From Octopus vulgaris (taxonomy: Eukaryota): a stretch of DNA of 64,000 nt. Made by a program: the position numbers and the translations under genes. Within the stretch, counting starts at the first letter, position 1. The number at the start of each line of letters is the position of its first letter. Where the stretch lies: NCBI GenBank assembly GCA_951406725.2, contig OX597815.1:65348001-65412000 (forward strand), written 5' to 3'. Of this stretch, positions 56,518-64,000 are shown piece by piece. The notes under the pieces are model-generated. The model was not told the origin of the DNA. It did no database searches and saw nothing but the letters and a program-made list of their open reading frames with translations.

Positions 56518-56518
<1 letters not shown>
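55310..56518 (+). mobile_element. mariner-family DNA transposon, full length, decayed
   Basis: TIRs ttagattgtccagaaagttctgagcattttt / aaaaatgctcagaactttccggacaacctaa with TA TSD. Transposase remnants: VQRWFVKFKAGEFSLENDSRSGRP, (W)VPR, MLCFVFGG/WD, NARPH-like, HPPYSPD. Confidence 0.92.
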
Positions 56519-56548
<30 letters not shown>

Positions 56549-56575
56549 TATGTATGTATATATATATATATATAT

Positions 56576-56648
<73 letters not shown>

Positions 56649-56704
56649 TGCATACATATATATATGTATAAAGTGCCCAGTACACTCTGTGAAGTGGTTG
56701 AGAT

Positions 56705-57365
56705 TAGGAAAGACATTCAGCCATAGAAACCACAGTACATCTTATGGCGTTTCTACCTTTGCCTTTTCTACAGGTCGAGCAGGGCCATCTACTTGAAGGG
56801 ATTTGTGATTTGTCTTTCTTCCTACTTTCAAAGACTTTAGATTTTGCTAAATTGACCCTAAGGCCCTTCAGTTCTAGACCTTGCTTCCACACCCGAAACT
56901 TCTCTAGTTCTGATGGTGACTCAGCTATTAGAGTAAGGTCATCAGCATAGAGGAGCTCCAAGGGGTAACCTGTCTTGAATTCCTCTGTTATTGCCTGGAG
57001 GACTATGATGAATAAGAGGAGGCTGAGGACTGATCCTTGGTGAACCCCTTCTTCTACCCAGAATTTTTCACTATACTCATTACCAAACTCACCTTACTAA
57101 CAGCATCCCTATACATGGCTTGTACAGCTCTCACCAACCGCTCATCTATCATTAGTTTCTGCACTGACCACCAGATAAGGGACCAGGGGACTCTGTCAAA
57201 GGCTTTCTCCATGTCAACAAAAACCAAGTACAGCGGTTTATCCAGCTAGGAATTTCTCCTGCAGTTGTCTTAGCAGAAATATAGCATCAGTGGTGCTTCT
57301 CCCCGGCACAAAGCCAAATTGCACCTCGTCTAAACTAACTCTCTCCCTAATTAGTTGGGCCATAA
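56705..57365 (-). mobile_element. RTE LINE RT fragment
   Basis: FVDMEKAFDRVP, GVHQGSVLSLLLF, ELLYADDL and a partial PHD finger. Confidence 0.92.
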
Positions 57366-57402
<37 letters not shown>

Positions 57403-57701
57403 GATAGTTCATCTCAATATTTCGATGTCTCATGTCTTGTGTTAAATATATATATAATCCTATAGCTCGCTCCCTAATTTATCGATCAGCCTCACGTCTT
57501 GTTAAATATAGAATAAATATATTTATAATTTTATTGCTCCTTACTTATCGATGTCTAAGATAAATTTAGCTGACGTATCTCCCATAAATCTGCAAAATAT
57601 CTCTCTCAAATTTAGGTATTTTATACCTACTAATAAGTATTCCTTTTCAAAGAAATGAGTGGCGCCCCTACATGGCTGCTAGTTTTCGCGGTGCACCCGC
57701 C

Positions 57702-57973
57702 CTCCCACCCCCTCCACCGATACAGGAAGTCCTCCCACCCCCTCCACCGATACAGGAAGTCCTCCCACCCCCTCCACCGGTACAGGAAGTTCTCCCACCC
57801 CCTCCACCGGTACAGGAAGTCATCCCACCCCCTCCACCGGTACAGGAAGTCCTCCCACCCCCTCCACCGGTACAGGAAGTCCTCCCAACCCCTCCACCGG
57901 TACAGGAAGTCCTCCCACCCCCTCCACCAGTACAGGAAGTCCTCCCACCCCCTCCACCGGTACAGGAAGTCCT
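57702..57973 (+). repeat. 30-bp GC-rich minisatellite, about 9 copies; (PPPPPVQEVL)n in ORF 57672-58040
   Basis: cctcccaccccctccaccggtacaggaagt repeated with very few substitutions. Confidence 0.95.
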
Positions 57974-58108
57974 AAATTTTCTCATCCTTGTCTCCCATGT
58001 ACACTTCAAAGTCTTACGCCACCCCCACCTCCTTCCATAAAAGGTAGTGGTCATTCATTGCAAGATATGTTAATGTAGTGTACATGGTTTGAACTTGAGT
58101 TTTATTGT

Positions 58109-61073
58109 TTGTCTATGAATCCTGCCAAACGCAAGTTTTCTTTTCAGGTTCATGAAACTACTAGGGCCAATACCTCTCACACCCTCAGGGTTGGCACCCT
58201 CAACATTGGCACACTGAAAGGCAGGTCTGGCGAGATCGTTGAATTGCTTAAACGGAGGTGTGTTGATATATGCTGCATTCAAGAAGTGAGGTGGAGAGGA
58301 GGTTCTGCTAGGTTCCTCACAGGCAAAGGACAGAGGTACAAGATTTTCTGGGCTGGGTATACTGACGGGGGCGGGGGTGTGGGTATACTTATCGCCGAAA
58401 AATGGGTAGATAAGGTAATCGAGGTAGTCAGAGTATGTGACAGAATAATTAAGATTAGATTAGTGCTATGATGAAGCACTAATCTAATCTTAAGTATTCT
58501 GTCACATACTCTGACTACCTCGATTACCCCACAGCATAGACCGGTAGTTAGTGACTTTAGGATCAGGACTAAGAGGACGACTAGAAGATGACCAGCATGG
58601 AGAAGAAAGGTCTGGAAGCTTAAAGATCCTGCGAATGGACAGAGATTTAGAGACATGTTACTTGAAGCCTTTGACGAAATAGAAGGGGGTATAACTACAC
58701 ATGGGGTAAAAGACAACTGGACGCTTCTGAGGGACAACCTGCTGAAAGCCACTGACCAGATCTGTGGCTGGTGCAAAGTCCTCTCAAGACCCAAAATAAC
58801 GTGGTGGTGGAACAATATTGTTGACAGGGCTATTAGACAAAAGAAACAGGCTTGGAAGGACTGGAAGAACGGTGGTTGCAGGGAAGTGTATCAGACTGCC
58901 AGAAGGGAAGCTAAGAGGCAGGTGTATTTAGCCAGAGGGGAAGCAGATAAGAAAAAATTTGCCAATGTTCTGCGCCGTGAGGATGAAAGACTTGAGATAT
59001 TTCGTGTTGCAAGACAGTGTGTGAGAGAGAATCGTGACGTGGTAGGAGAGAAATGTGTTCACAAGGATGACGGTTCACTTGCGCTAAATGAGGATGCAAA
59101 GAGAGAGGTTTGGAGACGCCACTCTGAAAGGTTGCTGAATGAGGAAAATGAATGGGATAAAGAGAGTCTGCCGAATGTCGACCCAACAGAGGGACCAGCA
59201 ATCCGAGTTGACAGTTCCTTAGTAGTTAAGGCAATTACAAGCATCAAAACAGGGAAAGCCCCAGGCCCATCAGGAATTACTGCAGAGATGCTCAAAATAT
59301 CTGGTAGTGTTGGCTATAGCCTAGTCACCCATATAGTTAACCAGGTGATACATGAAGGAGTCATACCCAATGACTGGTGTAGCAGCATAATAGTCAACTG
59401 CTACAAAGTTAAAGGTGATGTCCTAGATACAAATAACTACAGGGGTATCAAGCTGCTGGATCAGGTAATGAAGGTTATGGAGAGGGTTATAGCCCAACTA
59501 ATTAGAGAGAGAGTTAGCTTAGATGAGATGCAGTTTGGGTTCGTGCCAGGGAAAAGTACTACTGATGCTATATTCCTGGTAAGACAGCTCCAGGAGAAAT
59601 ACCTAGCCAAAGATAAGCCCCTGTACCTGGCTTTTGTTGACATGGAGAAAGCCTTTGACAGGGTCCCTCGATCCCTTATCTTGTGGTCAATGAGGAAACA
59701 AGGGATAGATGAATGGTTAGTGAGAGCTGTGCGAGCCATGTAGAGACGCTGCTAGTAAGGTGAGGGTTGTCAACGAGTACAGTGAAGAATTCCGGGTAGA
59801 GGTTGGGGTCCACCAAGGTTCAGTCCTCAGTCCCCTCCTACTTATCATAGTCCTCCAAGCAATAATGGAGGAATTCAAGACAGAATGCCCCTGGGAGCTC
59901 CTCTATGCTGATGACCTTGCTCTAATTGCTGAGTCACTATCAGAACTGGAGGAGAAGTTTCAGGTGTTGAAGCAAGGATTAAAATCGAAGGGCCTTAGAA
60001 TCAACCTAGCCAAAACCAAAGTCCTAATAAGTAGGAAGGTAGACCAATCACAAACGCCTTCAGGTAGATGGCCCTGCTCGATCTGTAAAAAAGGTGTAGG
60101 TAGAAACTCTATAAGGTGCACCAAGTGTAAGCTATGGACACATAAGAGGTGCAGCAATGTCAAAGGAAGGCTAACTAGGAAAATAGTTTTTGTCTGTGGC
60201 AGATGCTCAGGAGCAATAAACACTGAAAATCTGCAGAGACTAACTTCTACCACGTTCCAGGGAGAAAAACTAGAAGTAGTTGATAGCTCCGCTACCTAGG
60301 TGTAACTGCTAGAGTAAGAATAGCCTGGGCAAAGTTCAGAGAGCTCTTACCCCTGCTGGTGACAAAAGGCCTCTTGCTCAGAGTAAAAGGCAGACTGTAT
60401 GATGCATGTGTACGAACAGCCATGCTACATGGTAGTGAAACATGGGCTGTGACTGCTGAGGATATGCGTAAGCTCGCAAGAAATGAAGCCTAATAATCTA
60501 ATATATATATTCATAATATGTCTAAAATAGGTCGAATTAAAAAGCATGTAAAATATAAAACACTAAAAATACGACCAATTATTTCATACGGATACTCTAC
60601 TGGACAACTCCCAATCCATGTTAAAATAAAAAATACACAAATTAAAAACCAAAAACAAAACTGTCCTAAAAAATTATAACATAACCCTATACACCCTCTA
60701 ACATGTAAAAACGGACAAACAAACAGCACAACAATAGATATTCCTAAACTAACGATGGATGTGTAATGTCAGTGTTCATAATCGACAGAGTGTAAGTACC
60801 TTGAGAGAAAAGTTGGACCTAAGAAGCATCAGTTGTGGTGTGCAAGAGAGACATTTGCGCTGGTATGGTCATGTGACGAGAATGGCTGAAGATAGTTGTG
60901 TGCAAAAGTGCCACACCCTAGCAGTTGAGGGAACCTGTGGAAGAGGTAGACCCAGGAAAACCTGGGATGAGGTGGTGAAGGACGACCTTCGAACTTTAGG
61001 TCTCACCAAGGAAATGACTAGTGACCGAGACCTATGAAAGTATGCTGTGCGTGAGAACATCCGGCAGGACTAG
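58109..61073 (+). pseudogene. RTE polyprotein pseudogene: APE endonuclease, RT with inserted PHD finger
   Basis: LRVGTLNIGTL, DICCIQEVRW, GKAPGP, NYRGIKLL, FVDMEKAFDRV, GVHQGSVLSP, LYADDL. Disrupted by an inversion/deletion (58468-58528), frameshifts (about 59741 and 60290), the NUMT and a TGA at 61035. Confidence 0.95.
60491..60753 (-). pseudogene. CYTB: NUMT: 3' end of mitochondrial cytochrome b
   Basis: In the invertebrate mitochondrial code it reads VSLGMSIVVLFVCPFLH...[37 protein letters not shown]...LDMLWMYMLDY*. This contains the cytb LTWIGxxPVExPY motif, an in-frame TGA read as Trp, and strong strand skew. Confidence 0.93.
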
Positions 61074-61581
61074 TGAGACTATAACCCGTGGCCTCTACCT
61101 GGTATGTAGCCAGTCGACTTATACATACCTTTCCTTCTTGGGACACAAAACTCCACTTGTGAAGACCCGTTGAGGCAAGTGAAAATCAAAATCAAAATCA
61201 AACCAAATCAAATCAGATATCAGAAAGCAGAACCAAAATCGAGGTCGATCAACATCAATGGAAATTGCAGCTGTGATACCAGTGCCGGTGACAAGTAAGC
61301 GAACCATCCGATCGTGGCCGTTGCCAGCGGCGCCCCGACTGGCCTCCGTGCCGGTGGCACGTAAAAAGCACCATCCGTCCGTGGCCGTTTGCCAGCTCCG
61401 TCTGGCACCTGTGCGGGTGGCACGTAAAAAGCACCCACTACACTAACGGAGTGGTTGGCATTAGGAAGGGCATCCAGCCGTAGAAACACTGCCAGATCAG
61501 ACTGGGCCTGATGCAGCCTTCTGGCTTCACAGACCCCAGTTGAACCATCCAACCCATGCTAGCATGGAAAGCGGACGCTAA

Positions 61582-61613
<32 letters not shown>

Positions 61614-62750
61614 ATACATGATATGCTTCTGAGACCCTTTCCTTTTCTAGCTGCATCTTTAAAATATATCAACACCTTATCTAATTAGTAACCCCACTCC
61701 ATGAAATCAATAAAACAGGTCAGATAATCTTTCTCTGATCCCAATGTCAATCTATGGAAAGTAACTGGAAGCTAACAAAACTCTTAATCATGTAATGCTA
61801 CCACTACATACAATGACGGCATGTCCTTACAACTACTGAATCTTAAATCAGACCTCAATGTCTGAAAGAAGAAAGGATGTATTGAAAAATATAGTCCTAG
61901 TTATACTGTGCCTCAAAAAGTGAATGCAATGGTTTTGTAATGCTACTGCTACTTACAGTTACAATGATGAGTTGTCCCTCAGTGAAATTGGGTCATTTGA
62001 GTGCAGAGTATTTGTTGAAGATATGATGTAATAATATCAGCCACTAACTTATTGACTGATTGTTTGGTATTTCAATACACAACTCTCCTCTCCTGATATG
62101 TTATCTTAATCAATTAATTAATTAATAATTTCGATTTTGACATTAGTAAACACAATGAAACTAGCCTCTGATTTAAATTTCATTCCCAGTTTGAGTGTGA
62201 GGAAGGAAATTAACATTCACACACCTGCATATAAATATATATATATATATATCATCATCGTCATTTAATGTTTTCTTTCCATGCTGGCATGGGTTGGACG
62301 GCTTGACTGCGAACTTGTAGGCCAGGAGGCTGCACCATGCTCCAATCTGATAGCTTGATGCCCTTCCTAACGCCAACCACTCTGAGAGTGTAGTGGGTGC
62401 TTTTTACATGCCACCAGCACAGGTACCAGTCAAGCAGCACTTGCATCAGCCACACTCAAATGATGCTTTTTACATGCCACCAACACGGGTGCCAGTCAGG
62501 TGGCACTGGCATTAGCCATGACTATGATTTCACTTAGTTCAACAGTGGATGAAGTGTTTTGCTCAAAAGCACAATGTGTTGTCAAATCTGGGAATCAAAC
62601 ACACAATCTAGTGACCATGAGCACACAACACCCTAACCACTAGGCCACATACCTTCATGTATATATATGTATATATATATGCAATATATGGTATAATTAG
62701 AAACAGAAAATTTTAGCCATTTCTCCACAGACTGAAAAATTGTTGAACAA

Positions 62751-62791
62751 CCTTAATCGATTTTCAAACCTTATTGGATTTTCATCAGAGG
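62751..62791 (-). ncRNA. Minimal type-I hammerhead ribozyme motif, canonical core
   Basis: The minus strand reads CCT-CTGATGA-AAATC caataa GGTTT-GAA-AATCGATT-A-AGG. All core nucleotides are present, with palindromic stem III and a UUA triplet. Confidence 0.68.
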
Positions 62792-63119
62792 CATCCAAAT
62801 CATTCTGTCAGTCTCCAGAGAAACAGACAGCCAAATGGTTTATATACTCAACAAGTACAGCAGTTACCCTATGAAAGTGTCCCTAATTTGCATACTGAAA
62901 GTGTTTCACACTTTATAAATACCCATGGTCTGTGAACGGGTATCTTAGTCCACACAGTATCAAGGTACGATATAATATATAATACATGGTCAGTAGTTCA
63001 TATATATGAAAAAGAAGCACACCCTAAAACATTAGGGCACCTACATTCAAGTCTGACAATCATTGATACTGCTAAGCGCTTTATAGGTGAGAAACCAATG
63101 GTCACTCAGCTTTTAACCT

Positions 63120-63154
<35 letters not shown>

Positions 63155-64000
63155 TTGTACACACAATATATATCCAGGTTGTATATTTCATGCATATTTG
63201 ATAAATACACACACCCACTGAAAACAGTAAATTCCTTTTATAAAAATCTTGTTGCATTTGTCACAAAATAATCTGGTTGAACTCATATTTTGTATAGAAA
63301 CAGTGTAAGTAAAGTTTGTATGTTAGGTTTAGTATAGTAGCACACCATGTGACAACACCCATCATGTAACACTGGTGGGTTTGTCACAATCAAGTCTCAC
63401 TAATTCTAATCTGTCAAGTGGAACAGAGGATGATCTCATGATTAGCCTTACAAATTTTTGTGTCTTAATGTCAGGTGACAACATTTTTGGTGCCAGCATT
63501 CACTCAACAGTGTCACCCTTAACTTAAGGCACAAAGAATATTATCAAGCGATATTAAACACATGGGTTTAGTAGATAACTTACAAACATTTGTAAGCCTA
63601 ATAACATGATCATTGTCTGCCAATCAAATTGTATCCTAAACAGATACTAATCTGAACCATGTTCTCTCTATAAAATCAAGAGAATTTTCAAACCCCAATA
63701 AAAAATGAAACAGTTGCAGTAGAGCCCCACATCTTTCTATCTCACTTAATTTTTGAAAATCGGAAAAATTTGTGAAACTAGTTAAGCCTTTAAAAATAAG
63801 CTATCTAAAAGACTCTCAGTGTATTTTCAACTTCTTTGTGTGTGTGTGCATGTGAGCATGCATGAGTGTGTGAGAGAGAGAGAGAGTGAGAGTGGTTTGT
63901 ATTTCCCTTGCATTCACTGGTATTAAACAATGGCTTCCTGACAGTGTTATTTATTTGCAGTCCACCATAGAGGCAAGTCTTGGTTTCTTGGCATGTCTTG

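Larger units (their letters stand above)
57400..61613 (+). mobile_element. Near-full-length RTE-clade LINE (5' boundary uncertain)
   Basis: APE N-terminus, RT, C-terminal GRGRPRKTW, structured 3' UTR and (TGA)n tail. Confidence 0.9.

Noticed and set aside
57702-57973. CRISPR-like appearance of the 30-bp repeats
   Set aside because: The units are contiguous with no unique spacers, there are no cas genes, and the context is eukaryotic.
60511-60729. 72-aa membrane-protein ORF as a novel nuclear gene or LINE cargo gene
   Set aside because: It is the cytb NUMT read in the wrong genetic code.

Overview
AT-rich, microsatellite-dense animal nuclear DNA that reads as intergenic or intronic. The repeat families and a mollusc-type mitochondrial insert suggest a coleoid cephalopod, probably Octopus (inference). 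I can support no host protein-coding gene; one 65-aa Cys-rich ORF is a weak candidate. The window is a mosaic of decayed mobile DNA: one near-full-length RTE-clade LINE (about 57.4-61.6 kb) plus several RTE fragments, a Tc1 and a mariner element with intact TIRs, Helitron pieces, an R4/Dong-like fragment, a solo LTR with TSD, Tc1/hAT/piggyBac-like MITEs and tRNA-derived SINEs. The most interesting signals are: (1) about ten dispersed minimal type-I hammerhead-ribozyme-like motifs with palindromic stem III in several distinct short repeat families (Penelope/retrozyme-like); (2) a cytochrome b NUMT inside the RTE that ends at the cytb stop codon; (3) a C4HC3 PHD finger embedded in the RTE reverse transcriptase; (4) tandem H-type pseudoknot modules in the RTE 3' UTR; (5) a Pro-rich repeat ORF that may splice onto the RTE endonuclease. 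Most ORFs in the supplied track are microsatellite artefacts. Coordinates were counted by eye and may be off by a few bases.
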